Below are positions 18,297 through 26,811 of a stretch of DNA of 51,030 bases, in pieces. How positions within the stretch are numbered: position 1 is the first letter of the stretch; every line of letters begins with the position of its first letter. The notes under the pieces were generated by a model. The model was not told the DNA's origin, made no database searches, and worked only from the letters and a program-made list of their open reading frames with translations. The stretch comes from a virus (taxonomy: Duplodnaviria; Caudoviricetes), in the IMG/VR virus record IMGVR_UViG_3300020042_001510, positions 1-51,030 of that record, one strand, 5' to 3'. The translations under genes were made by a program, and so were the position numbers.

Positions 18297-19331
18297 TTAG
18301 TTAGCGCGAGGGAATGAGTAATTGCCGCCCATTACTGGCTGTGCTGTTCTTCCAGAGAAATAATCTAAAGGACTATTTACTACTTGTTGAGTAGCCTGTG
18401 TGAACATACCACTGAAAGGGTTGTTAAACTTACTAAAGTCCATCTTACTAATGGTATCACCAAAGCCTGATACACCTCTTGCTGTGTTCAAACTACCAGC
18501 AAGGTTGTATTGACCAGCAAGGTTGCTTCCTGCTAACATAGCATCTGCTCCTGCTCGTCCACCTTGCAACAAAGCCTGAGCTTGTTGCCCTTGAGATACA
18601 GAAGCCTTGTTACCAATGTCAGCACCAATTGTCAGAGGAGACATACCAAGTTGCTCAACACCAGTGCCAGCAGTAAACAAACCTGTACCACGAGCAATGA
18701 GCTTGTCAATTAAGTTCTGTCCATAAGTTGTACTCTCGTTAGCAATCTGTGCATTAGAAAGCTCACGTGCTCGCATACGTGCAAACTCATCTGGGTTTAT
18801 CAAACCACCGACATCGCCTGCACCACCATAGCCAGCAGAAACACCAAGGCCAACACGCCCTGTACGTAAGGCGTTCTCACGTGCTGTAATATCTTCTTGC
18901 ATACGCTGAGGAGCAAGCAAGCCCATCTGCTGTTGGTAATATCTTTGAGCCTGTTCCTCTGGAGTACCTATGTTCCCCATTGTTTGCTCAGCCTGCCCAT
19001 ATAGGGTGTCTCTAAAGGAAGCTAAACGAGGGTCAATCTCATAACCAGCCGTGCCCTTCCCTGTATCAAAGAAGCCCCTACCAAAGCCAGAGGTTATACT
19101 ATATGGTTTAAACTGTGCAGCCTCAGCAGCAATACGTGCTGCTTCTAAGTTGGCTGCATTAGCCTCTCGTCCTGCTTGAAGAGAAGCATCTGCGGCTTGT
19201 CCAGCAGCTTTGTTTGCCATGCTCCCACCAATAAGCCCAAGCCCTCCACCAACAAGAGCACCAATAGGGCCAAAAGCTGAGCCAGTAGCTGCACCAGAAA
19301 GCGCACCAGAAAGTGAATCAAAAAGTCCCAT
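18297..19331 (-). CDS. Internal virion / DNA-transfer protein, set A
   Basis: Gly-zipper N-terminus (GPIGALVGGGLGLIGG), Ala/Gln-rich, synteny. Confidence 0.7.
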   Translation of the reverse strand: MGLFDSLSGALSGAATGSAFGPIGALVGGGLGLIGGSMANKAAGQAADASLQAGREANAANLEAARIAAEAAQFKPYSITSGFGRGFFDTGKGTAGYEIDPRLASFRDTLYGQAEQTMGNIGTPEEQAQRYYQQQMGLLAPQRMQEDITARENALRTGRVGLGVSAGYGGAGDVGGLINPDEFARMRARELSNAQIANESTTYGQNLIDKLIARGTGLFTAGTGVEQLGMSPLTIGADIGNKASVSQGQQAQALLQGGRAGADAMLAGSNLAGQYNLAGSLNTARGVSGFGDTISKMDFSKFNNPFSGMFTQATQQVVNSPLDYFSGRTAQPVMGGNYSFPRAN

Positions 19332-19340
19332 AATAATTCC

Positions 19341-20033
19341 TTAAGAAGTTCGCTGCCACATGTATACTACAATGTATGGCTGTAAGTTTGCATTTGTTCC
19401 ACTGGAACCAGCAGATGCAATACTTGTTGATACTGAAATACCAGTTGAAGCTGATGCTGAAGCAATGAAGGTAGTGTTTTTTTCTGCTGGCCCTACTTTA
19501 CCTGATGAATCAATTGAACCATCTCCTGAGAAAGGGTCTGTTACATATTGATGACCAGCAGGAGGATTGTGTGCGTGAGAGGGGTCACTAACTGTAGAAG
19601 TTGCTGAGTGGCTATGGCTAACAACAATAGCATCTGCACTACCACCAGTAGCACCAGCACTAAAGCCACCGCCATTACCAATTGCTACTCTGCCAGCAGC
19701 AAAGGCAGACCATGTACCAAAGCCTAACAATGTAGCAGGGTTTGTAGCACTACTAGCATTTGTGTAAATAGTACCAATTGGATATAAAGCACTTAAGGCT
19801 GCTTGAACAAAAGCTGTCGAAGCTATTTGTGTTGTATTAGCACCAAAGGAAGCTGTTGGGGTTGTAGGTGTACCAGAAAGCTCAGGGCTTGCTAAGTTTG
19901 CTTTGGTTGCAATAGCTGTAGAGATGGCATCAAACTCATCATCAAGCTCTGTTCCTTTGATACGCTTCAAGGGATCGCCAGTTGTAAGGCCATCCTTTGT
20001 ATCAAAGGCTGTTAGTTTTGTATAGTTACTCAT
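19341..20033 (-). CDS. Short tail fibre / baseplate-like protein
   Basis: PELSGTPTTPTA..TQIASTAFV, YPIGTIY..NPATLLGFGTW, NLQPYIVVYMWQRT collar/C-terminal motifs. Confidence 0.8.
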   Translation of the reverse strand: MSNYTKLTAFDTKDGLTTGDPLKRIKGTELDDEFDAISTAIATKANLASPELSGTPTTPTASFGANTTQIASTAFVQAALSALYPIGTIYTNASSATNPATLLGFGTWSAFAAGRVAIGNGGGFSAGATGGSADAIVVSHSHSATSTVSDPSHAHNPPAGHQYVTDPFSGDGSIDSSGKVGPAEKNTTFIASASASTGISVSTSIASAGSSGTNANLQPYIVVYMWQRTS

Positions 20034-21616
20034 TAGTAAATCTTCCCTTGCTTAATAAATATATCCATCTTCTGTACACTAAGAGGAGAACCAGACACCT
20101 CAGCCTCAAAGCCCATTTGAATAATCTTTCCTTGACCACCAACAGAAACAGAAACATCATCAATAACAATACCTGATGAATACTCAGCTATATTATATTC
20201 AGCTATGTTGTATTCTGCATAGTTTCCTGTATCCATAAAGACAGGGTAGCTACTGTATTGATTTGAATAATCAAAGCCAATCTTAGAAACAAAGCGTTGA
20301 CCACCACCACCAATTAACACAAAGCCAAGCTTCTTTACAATCTTATTAATTGTTGGTTGTCCAAAGTCAAAGTAGTTTGTATAATAAGTAAAGATGTATT
20401 TAACACCATTGTCTTGATAACCAGAATACTCACCAATGCCTGCTGGCTTTCCTATGTATAGAGAACCATCCCTGTTAGCAGAGAAAGCATAAGCAGCATA
20501 GCCACTCCATGATGTAACACGAGAAGCACCATCTGGTAAGGCTTGCTTTAAGTCAAAGCAATAGACAACAGGAGAGGCTACTGAGGGAAAACTTAAGAGA
20601 TAGAAACCATACTTCTCTGAATAGGCACTCTTAATAAGCTTAGCATCTGTACTGGATATAGCATCAAAGATGTCATCTCGTATGTTCTTAGAGATGTCAC
20701 GCATGGGCATACTCTTCTCTTGAATGGTACGCCCAAGACTACGTACACCAGAAGCACTGAGGAACAACAAGTCATTACCTGTCTTCTGTATGCTGTCTCT
20801 AGCAATGCAGCCAACACCGGGAATCACATCAGAGATTGCCATTGCTTGTCTGGGGTTTTCTACTTCACTAAGAATGACAATGTTTTGTTTACAAAATACA
20901 ATTAAGAAACCATTGTGTGCAGCAAGTGCTACAATTTCATCTGTATTATTAGGAAGCTTAGAAGCTATGTTAATACTACCAGAGGTACGAGCACCACCAG
21001 TATTAAATGTAGGAAAATGTGTATCAAGAATATCCGTAGACCAGAACACTGTGGTTGGAAAGGCTGTGCTTCCTGCTACCCAGAATCGACCATATGCAGC
21101 TAAGCAAGTATTAGGAGCATTGCTTGTACCAGTACCAAATACTGGAGAAGTATAGTCACCACCATGTGCAGCATGAGCTACAAGAGTTGTACATACAGGA
21201 CTTCCACTTTCTCTTGAAAATAACACAGGAAGATTGCTCTTCTGTACAATCAAGCAATGGTCTTTTAAAGAAGCCATCTGCCAATGATTGTCTGTGATGG
21301 TCATTGATGGTGTGATGTCTGTTAATGTAGCACCAATGCCACCACGCCATAGTTTATTATTACCAGCACTTAGATAATCAATTGTACCATCAGCATTTAA
21401 GTACTCAAAGATGCTGAAGATGTTCTGACCACCAAGGCCAGCAGTTGTTGTTGTTCTTTGTACCCAACCCTTACGTGCTCCTAAGCGTCCATACTTATCA
21501 ATGACACAATTAGAAGCTACAAGTGCAAACCCATCAGACAAGACTGCTCCACTCTCTTGGGTGTTAAGCCCATAGAAGCCCGGAGCAGCAACAGCAGCAC
21601 TAGAGAGTTGTTTCAT
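20033..21616 (-). CDS. Tail tubular protein B / nozzle (stabilisation protein), set A
   Basis: APGFYGLNTQ, G.LGARKG, beta-rich, GCIARDSIQ..G.DLLFLS; follows tail tube A. Confidence 0.8.
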   Translation of the reverse strand: MKQLSSAAVAAPGFYGLNTQESGAVLSDGFALVASNCVIDKYGRLGARKGWVQRTTTTAGLGGQNIFSIFEYLNADGTIDYLSAGNNKLWRGGIGATLTDITPSMTITDNHWQMASLKDHCLIVQKSNLPVLFSRESGSPVCTTLVAHAAHGGDYTSPVFGTGTSNAPNTCLAAYGRFWVAGSTAFPTTVFWSTDILDTHFPTFNTGGARTSGSINIASKLPNNTDEIVALAAHNGFLIVFCKQNIVILSEVENPRQAMAISDVIPGVGCIARDSIQKTGNDLLFLSASGVRSLGRTIQEKSMPMRDISKNIRDDIFDAISSTDAKLIKSAYSEKYGFYLLSFPSVASPVVYCFDLKQALPDGASRVTSWSGYAAYAFSANRDGSLYIGKPAGIGEYSGYQDNGVKYIFTYYTNYFDFGQPTINKIVKKLGFVLIGGGGQRFVSKIGFDYSNQYSSYPVFMDTGNYAEYNIAEYNIAEYSSGIVIDDVSVSVGGQGKIIQMGFEAEVSGSPLSVQKMDIFIKQGKIY

Positions 21617-22260
21617 ATGGGATACCAGATAGTTTCATCAGGGCGGCGAGCAGCATCAAGGGCAATCTCATCAGCCAAGCTAGAACGACCAGCAGCATAG
21701 GCATTCATGCTGGCATTACCACCATCCTCACCACGCTCTTCAATGGCCTTAGCGAGGGCTAGAAGGATGATAGGGCGTGAGGGAACATAGATGTCATCAC
21801 CATCACCAGCTAAGTTGCGGTTACGTAGGATGACGTTGAAACGAATGCTATAAACAGAATCAGGAACAGGGTAGATGTCAACCTGTGTGTCACCATCGTT
21901 AGACACACCATTGAAGTTGTAGTACTTAGGAGAGCCTAAGACAACCCCTTGGTTCAAGAAAGCATTGTCAAACCAAGAGCCGGGACGATACTCCATGAAC
22001 TCATTAGCTGTATCGTTAATAACGTCCAACAATGTAAAGTTATTCTGGCTATTATTAAGCTCATAGTTAAAGATGCCAACTGTTGTGGTTAACGTCAAGG
22101 TTGTTCTTAGAGCAGACCAATTCCAAGCTGTCTCAACTTCGTTCTGTGCATCATTTACAAAGTCACCAATGAGCTTACTGTAAGAACTTTCGGAAACAGA
22201 AGATACCTCTCGTTCCCTGAGTCTTCGTAGTACACTATTGACAGCTTCTAAATATGTCAT
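21613..22260 (-). CDS. Tail tubular protein A / adaptor, set A
   Basis: MTYLEAVNSVLRRLRE...FVNDA..EVE..WNW, YPVPD, ERGEDGG. Confidence 0.85.
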   Translation of the reverse strand: MTYLEAVNSVLRRLREREVSSVSESSYSKLIGDFVNDAQNEVETAWNWSALRTTLTLTTTVGIFNYELNNSQNNFTLLDVINDTANEFMEYRPGSWFDNAFLNQGVVLGSPKYYNFNGVSNDGDTQVDIYPVPDSVYSIRFNVILRNRNLAGDGDDIYVPSRPIILLALAKAIEERGEDGGNASMNAYAAGRSSLADEIALDAARRPDETIWYPI

Positions 22261-22281
22261 ACTATTTCCTTATATGTTAAT

Positions 22282-22310
22282 ATTATAACATGATTTGTTA
22301 TATTTGTCAA
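22282..22310 (-). promoter_or_regulatory. Perfect-consensus sigma70 promoter for tail/ejection genes
   Basis: Minus strand TTGACA (22310-22305), 17 nt spacer, TGT-TATAAT (22287-22282); TAAGGA SD before ATG 22260. Confidence 0.9.
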
Positions 22311-22311
22311 G

Positions 22312-22590
22312 CTACCATTTAACCTTATCAGCCCAATAAGCAGCAGACATCTTGCCTTTGGCTATGTTGCTGGAGTGTCGGGCTTTAAAGCTCTCACGTC
22401 TGTTCTTGTAGCTCTCAGATTCGTTGTCCTTCTTGGGACTACCAGACACGCCTTGTTGACCAAAGCGTATGGTCTTAACCTTGTCACCTTCTTTAGCCAC
22501 AACTACATGGCTTTTGGTGGGGTGACTAGGGGTTGCTTTAGGCTTGTTATAGCCGCTTACGCCAACCTTGGCTAGTCTACCATCCTTCAT
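22312..22590 (-). CDS. Small basic conserved phage protein
   Basis: YNKPK.TP.HPTKSH.V..K.G..K.IRFGQ...R.SFKARH...AYWA.KVKW. Confidence 0.85.
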   Translation of the reverse strand: MKDGRLAKVGVSGYNKPKATPSHPTKSHVVVAKEGDKVKTIRFGQQGVSGSPKKDNESESYKNRRESFKARHSSNIAKGKMSAAYWADKVKW

Positions 22591-22778
22591 TTCTTTTTAG
22601 CCTTGTTAGTGGCTGTTCTCTGGCCTCTCATGGGCATCTTTGCTTGGCTCATGGCAATGGCTACTGCTTGCTTAGGAGAAGTGACAACTTTGCCACCCTT
22701 GCCACTATGCAAAGAACCCATCTTGTACTCGCCCATAACCTTGCCAATCTTGGCTGTTTGTTTCTTAGTCTGTTTCAT
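22587..22778 (-). CDS. Small basic protein (DUF6496-like)
   Basis: KIGKVMGEYK.G.LHSG..GKVVTSPKQAVAIAMS. Confidence 0.8.
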   Translation of the reverse strand: MKQTKKQTAKIGKVMGEYKMGSLHSGKGGKVVTSPKQAVAIAMSQAKMPMRGQRTATNKAKKK

Positions 22779-22786
22779 ATATGTCC

Positions 22787-23017
22787 TTATCTATATTTAG
22801 ATGCTTTCTCAGCAATCTTCTTGGGTTGAGCTACGAACTGTTTACCTTTGGCGTTACCAGCAGCCTTGGCCTTGTTGGTTGCAGCCTTCTCAGCAGGACT
22901 AAGGGCTTTCCATGCAGCTTCGGGTAGATAACGCTTCTTGCCTTTGGATGGGCTTCCATCACTGGTTGTCCACTTCTGTGCTGTCCAGTCTTTCAGAGAC
23001 TGTTGTGGCTTCTTCAT
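22787..23017 (-). CDS. Small basic conserved phage protein
   Basis: QQSLKDWTAQKW...RYLPEAAWKALSPAEKAATN...GKQFV. Confidence 0.8.
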   Translation of the reverse strand: MKKPQQSLKDWTAQKWTTSDGSPSKGKKRYLPEAAWKALSPAEKAATNKAKAAGNAKGKQFVAQPKKIAEKASKYR

Positions 23018-23121
23018 TTCTTTTTATTAAGACACTTGCCTGCTGCCTTACACTTGCTTGGTGTGGGGCAACCAGCACAGGGCTTAAAAGATTTAGCTGA
23101 TTTAATTTCAATGATACGCAT
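23014..23121 (-). CDS. Tiny 4-Cys peptide (35 aa)
   Basis: MRIIEIKSAKSFKPCAGCPTPSKCKAAGKCLNKKK; TAAGGA SD; ATGA coupling. Confidence 0.7.
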   Translation of the reverse strand: MRIIEIKSAKSFKPCAGCPTPSKCKAAGKCLNKKK

Positions 23122-23133
23122 GATGTTTCCTTA

Positions 23134-23313
23134 TTAAGTTTTATAACCACCGCCCTTAGCCTTGTATTCCTTAGCTAAGAGTTGTGCCTTACGTGCTGAC
23201 CACTCGCCGGGATCACCACCTGATGAGCCAGCTTTGATCTTGTTAAACAATGTCTTACGCATTGTTGGTTTGGTGTACACACCAGCTTGATTAACTTTAG
23301 ACTTTGCCTTCAT
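23134..23313 (-). CDS. Small basic protein (59 aa), homologue of 48897-49079
   Basis: SKVNQAGVYTKPTMRK...GEWSARKAQLLAKEYKAKGGGYK; TAATG-coupled. Confidence 0.85.
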   Translation of the reverse strand: MKAKSKVNQAGVYTKPTMRKTLFNKIKAGSSGGDPGEWSARKAQLLAKEYKAKGGGYKT

Positions 23314-23651
23314 TAGACATTACGCTCAAAGTGTGGACAATCTACGAGAGACTTGAAGTTGCCTCCCCATCTATTCTTGCTGTTGAGGCTTTCCCAATAA
23401 GCCCCTACTGGTGCAAGGATTTCTTTGTTCCAGATTATCTTACCATCTTTAAAGAAGTTCAAGTCCATAGCACAACGCTTCAGATGGATGGAGTTCATTG
23501 TTTTGCTACGGCCTGTCTTGAAGTAGATGGCCTGTTGCTCTGGTGTACGTGCAAGTTCCCCGCCTGTCACCTTGAAGCCCTGCTCTGTGGCGTATTGAAT
23601 GAGCTTACACATGTCTAACAGGAAAGCTGCTTGTTCATCTGATAGGTTCAT
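23313..23651 (-). CDS. Endolysin, peptidase M15 family
   Basis: RTPEQQ, SIH...AMD, RWGGNF..D.PHFE zinc-peptidase motifs. Confidence 0.88.
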   Translation of the reverse strand: MNLSDEQAAFLLDMCKLIQYATEQGFKVTGGELARTPEQQAIYFKTGRSKTMNSIHLKRCAMDLNFFKDGKIIWNKEILAPVGAYWESLNSKNRWGGNFKSLVDCPHFERNV

Positions 23652-24157
23652 TTCTTCCTCATTTCTGCAAGTTTCTCAACTGTCCTACCGCCGAAGTAGG
23701 CTCCCATAATCAGCATACCCCAGTTGCCTAGCAATGTTACATACGACTCATTCGCATTATACCCATAAGCAGACATCATAGCAAATAGGAAGTAGCCAAG
23801 GAAGATGGCTATAAGGCTCATAGGGCGTATGTTCTTGGACAGCCAAGAGTCAGAGGACATGTCTGCATTCCAGCGATCTGACACATTGTCTTCTTCGTTC
23901 TGTGCAGCCTTAGCAAACAACTCAAGCTCAGCCAGTTCCATCTTGGCCTTCTCAATGCCAAGCTCTAACAAACGCTCTTCATGTGTAAACTGAAGCTGTC
24001 TTAGTTTCTCGACATCCACTGGTGTTGGGTTGTCAGGAATCTTAAAGCCAGTTACTTTCTCTACCATGTCCTTGCCCTTGGCTTGGATGGCAGATGACAA
24101 AAGCCCTAAGCCATTCTCGGCTAGGGTGGTTAATAGGGCTCCTACTATTGGAATCAT
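23648..24157 (-). CDS. Holin (GTA/3TM-holin-like)
   Basis: RWNADM.SDSWLSKNIRP, two C-terminal TM segments, GAYFGGRTVEK; adjacent to endolysin. Confidence 0.8.
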   Translation of the reverse strand: MIPIVGALLTTLAENGLGLLSSAIQAKGKDMVEKVTGFKIPDNPTPVDVEKLRQLQFTHEERLLELGIEKAKMELAELELFAKAAQNEEDNVSDRWNADMSSDSWLSKNIRPMSLIAIFLGYFLFAMMSAYGYNANESYVTLLGNWGMLIMGAYFGGRTVEKLAEMRKK

Positions 24158-24321
24158 TTCTCTTTATCCTTCTCTATTTGTTTACGCAATTGCTCTATCT
24201 TCTGTGCTTCATATCTCACTTCTTGCTTAGCAGAGTTTATGTCAAACAACATAAAGCCGACAACAGGAAGCATCAACACAAACACCACGACCATCGAAAT
24301 CAAACAAACTAAAAACCCCAT
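24154..24321 (-). CDS. Membrane-anchored coiled-coil protein (spanin-like candidate)
   Basis: TM helix followed by charged coiled coil; may start upstream at ATG 24444 overlapping the preceding gene. Confidence 0.55.
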   Translation of the reverse strand: MGFLVCLISMVVVFVLMLPVVGFMLFDINSAKQEVRYEAQKIEQLRKQIEKDKEK

Positions 24322-24842
24322 CGAAGTTTCCTGTCTATTGTTATCAACCAAAACAGGAGGAGGAGGTATATAGTAATCAGAGTTACTACTGTTATTTGCA
24401 GAGCCTTGTCTTGCAGGGAGCTTATTAATTGTTTTCGTTGCCATGCTGCCTCCCTTGCTTTCTGCTCTTCTATAAGCCTCTCTTGATCCTGTTCCTCTTG
24501 TAGCCTTGCATACTCTTCTTCAAACCTACTCCACACTGCCCCTAGTTCTGGGTCTACATGGTAGATAAGAAACTCTCTTAGTTCTACTGCCTGTCTCTCA
24601 AGCTCTATCTGGTTTAATATATTATCCAGAGCCTGTGCTTTTAAACTTTTCTGTGGCTTCTTCTTCTCTTCTTGTATTACTTGCTTTACTTGTTCTTGTG
24701 CATCAAAGAAGCTGCCTATGTACCCTGAGATTTCCCTTGCAATCTTTGAGACATCGTTGCCTGCTGCTTTCGCATCTTTATAGAAACTAACGCCTTGCTT
24801 AATGGCAGCCAGAGCAGTGAAGGCCAGCGTGAATGGATCAAT
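24309..24842 (-). CDS. Coiled-coil membrane protein with probable ATT start (177 aa)
   Basis: Open frame from ATT 24842 ((M)DPFTLAFTALAAIKQG...), GGAG SD 6 nt upstream, in-frame TAG further upstream, C-terminal TM. Confidence 0.7.
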   Translation of the reverse strand: MDPFTLAFTALAAIKQGVSFYKDAKAAGNDVSKIAREISGYIGSFFDAQEQVKQVIQEEKKKPQKSLKAQALDNILNQIELERQAVELREFLIYHVDPELGAVWSRFEEEYARLQEEQDQERLIEEQKAREAAWQRKQLISSLQDKALQITVVTLITIYLLLLFWLITIDRKLRWGF

Positions 24843-24843
24843 G

Positions 24844-25053
24844 TTATACTCCGAATAGTTTCTTGAAGAACTCTGCTGCTGTACCCGGGCCTAAAAGAAC
24901 ACACAACATGACACCATACAGAAGATATTCAATCTTGGTCATACGTGTTCCTGCTGCTTGAAGGCTTGTTGAGATGGCTGCATAACGCTCTGCACATACT
25001 TGCTCGTGACTATCAAGCCGTGCTTCTGTCTTTGTTATAAGCTCTTCACTCAT
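24844..25053 (-). CDS. Small membrane protein (holin/XhlA-like)
   Basis: ARLDSHEQVCAERY...KIEYLLY + TM helix; GAGG SD before ATG 25053. Confidence 0.7.
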   Translation of the reverse strand: MSEELITKTEARLDSHEQVCAERYAAISTSLQAAGTRMTKIEYLLYGVMLCVLLGPGTAAEFFKKLFGV

Positions 25054-25226
25054 TGTTGTTCCTCTGCGGGTAGTGGTGTGTTGCCATCTGCAAGCCACTT
25101 TAGGTAGGCTTGGTAGTCTGTGTTGGCAGGGTCAAATGGAACAAAGGTCATTGACCCGTCTGTCTCAATACGAGCAACTACAATAGGCCCGCCGCCATAA
25201 GGGTGGTTTACAAGTTTCCAGTTCAT
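25050..25226 (-). CDS. Tail fibre assembly / chaperone-like protein (58 aa)
   Basis: FVPFDPANTDYQAYLKWLADGNTPLPA motif, directly after a fibre gene. Confidence 0.75.
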   Translation of the reverse strand: MNWKLVNHPYGGGPIVVARIETDGSMTFVPFDPANTDYQAYLKWLADGNTPLPAEEQQ

Positions 25227-26290
25227 AGTTCTGCGCTCCCTGCGATGTTGTAGCTAGTTCCGGCACTTGTGCAAACAGCACTCGTTGTTAAACCTGTATC
25301 TGCACTTACGATACTAGTCCCAATATTGTTTACTGACACCTGAAACACGTTGCTCACTGAGTTCGCGTTTACCGCCGCCCTTCCAAGTTGTTGAACAGCG
25401 TTTGTTCCGTTAAATAACACGCCACTTGATGACGGTGCTGCGCGTTTCTCTACCTTCCAAGACCACACCAAATCCATGTTTGATGCGCTACTAGCGCGAC
25501 CAATGCCATAACCTGTTTGTTCATAGTACCTCTGACACAAAGCCAACTCAGTCCCATACGGCCTGTAATCAAAGCTAGTTGCTGTTGAGCCTTTTTCTAG
25601 CTGTACGCCTGTGATGTACATGACAGCGGCATTGGTAGAAACAAATTGCGTTTGCCCTGTTGCGCCGTAATAATCACCGCCTGTCCAAGAGTTGGCGGCG
25701 GCAACATAAGTTGACCCAGTACCAAAACTAAACCCAACATAAACTCCAGTACTAGTGGTAGTGGGCCATGTGCCAGCAGTTTGACCGGGAATAGTTACAG
25801 TAGCTTTAGTCCAAGTATTTGCAGAGCTTACTGTGTATGTGAATGGGTATGTGTATGTAGACCCGCCTTTTAAATAGCCCCCAAAAGTGCCTGTTAAAGT
25901 GCTATAAACCCAAAACGACAATGTGCATGTTTGTGCGCTTGCTGTCCCCCACAACATATCTGCAAAGTTGTAGCCTTCAATAGCTTGACTTGCTATATAA
26001 ATATCCGAAGCACTAACAGTTGTTGCGGCCAAAGAATAAATTTGAATGCAAGAACTAAATCCAGAAGTGTTTACCGCTGGCATTCCTGACTGAGCCACAC
26101 GAAACTTTGCCGCAACTGTTCCATAAATAGCCCAGCGATCTAAAGTGTAAAGATTTGCTGTTGTGTTGTTTACGGTGTTCCCCGCATTCCTCTGGTCAAT
26201 TACCATTGCACCATTGATGATGCGGTTCCTAAACCCAAGCGAGCTGTCAGCAATGCTGCCTATGTTTGCTAGTGATGCTGTCTTTCCCAT
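25223..26290 (-). CDS. Tail fibre / carbohydrate-binding virion protein
   Basis: FRNRIINGAM.IDQR, YTLDRW, ITGVQLEKGSTATSFD.R.YG.ELALCQRYY; start reassigned to ATG 26290 (GGAG SD). Confidence 0.8.
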   Translation of the reverse strand: MGKTASLANIGSIADSSLGFRNRIINGAMVIDQRNAGNTVNNTTANLYTLDRWAIYGTVAAKFRVAQSGMPAVNTSGFSSCIQIYSLAATTVSASDIYIASQAIEGYNFADMLWGTASAQTCTLSFWVYSTLTGTFGGYLKGGSTYTYPFTYTVSSANTWTKATVTIPGQTAGTWPTTTSTGVYVGFSFGTGSTYVAAANSWTGGDYYGATGQTQFVSTNAAVMYITGVQLEKGSTATSFDYRPYGTELALCQRYYEQTGYGIGRASSASNMDLVWSWKVEKRAAPSSSGVLFNGTNAVQQLGRAAVNANSVSNVFQVSVNNIGTSIVSADTGLTTSAVCTSAGTSYNIAGSAEL

Positions 26291-26811
26291 TATTTGTTCT
26301 CCAGTGCAGTGATGCGGGTTGTCAGGGATTGGATGCCGTGATTTGTAAACTTTCCGTGAAGTTCGTTTCTTGCCAAACAAACCGCATTATTTGCGTCATC
26401 TAATAAATCAAAGTATCCAACAAATTTTGGCTTGTTGTTACACACTATTTGCGCCGCCCATTTATTCTTATCTTTTTTCCAATAAACACCTTTGACTCCA
26501 GATGTATTGTTTTTGTGCATACGCTTGTTTTGGGCATTGCCAAACTTATCAGCTAAACGCAAATTTTCTATGCGGTTGTTTTGTCTATCGCCATCAATGT
26601 GGTCAATCAATTCTGGCATTGCACCATGTTGCATTATCCATATAAGCCTATGAACTGGAATGCACTGCCTATCAATGTTAACGGCAACGTATCCTTTGCT
26701 ATTTACAAAACCAACTTTGTCGCCACCTTTTGTCCTGCCAAGGCTTTTCTTGCGGTATAGAGTTCCATCCCTATACTCAAACATTTCATGCAAGCGTTCT
26801 TGAGTAATCAT
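26290..26811 (-). CDS. HNH-AP2 homing endonuclease
   Basis: HRLIW..IDHIDGDRQNNRIENLR + NNTSGVKGVYW..KWAAQI..GYF AP2 domain. Confidence 0.92.
   Translation of the reverse strand: MITQERLHEMFEYRDGTLYRKKSLGRTKGGDKVGFVNSKGYVAVNIDRQCIPVHRLIWIMQHGAMPELIDHIDGDRQNNRIENLRLADKFGNAQNKRMHKNNTSGVKGVYWKKDKNKWAAQIVCNNKPKFVGYFDLLDDANNAVCLARNELHGKFTNHGIQSLTTRITALENK

Noticed and set aside
25223-26380. Fibre-gene start at 26380
   Set aside because: Overlaps the HNH gene; GGAG SD and TAATG coupling support ATG 26290
26290-26811. Group I intron around the HNH gene
   Set aside because: No non-coding space for intron core helices; the HNH ORF abuts both neighbours
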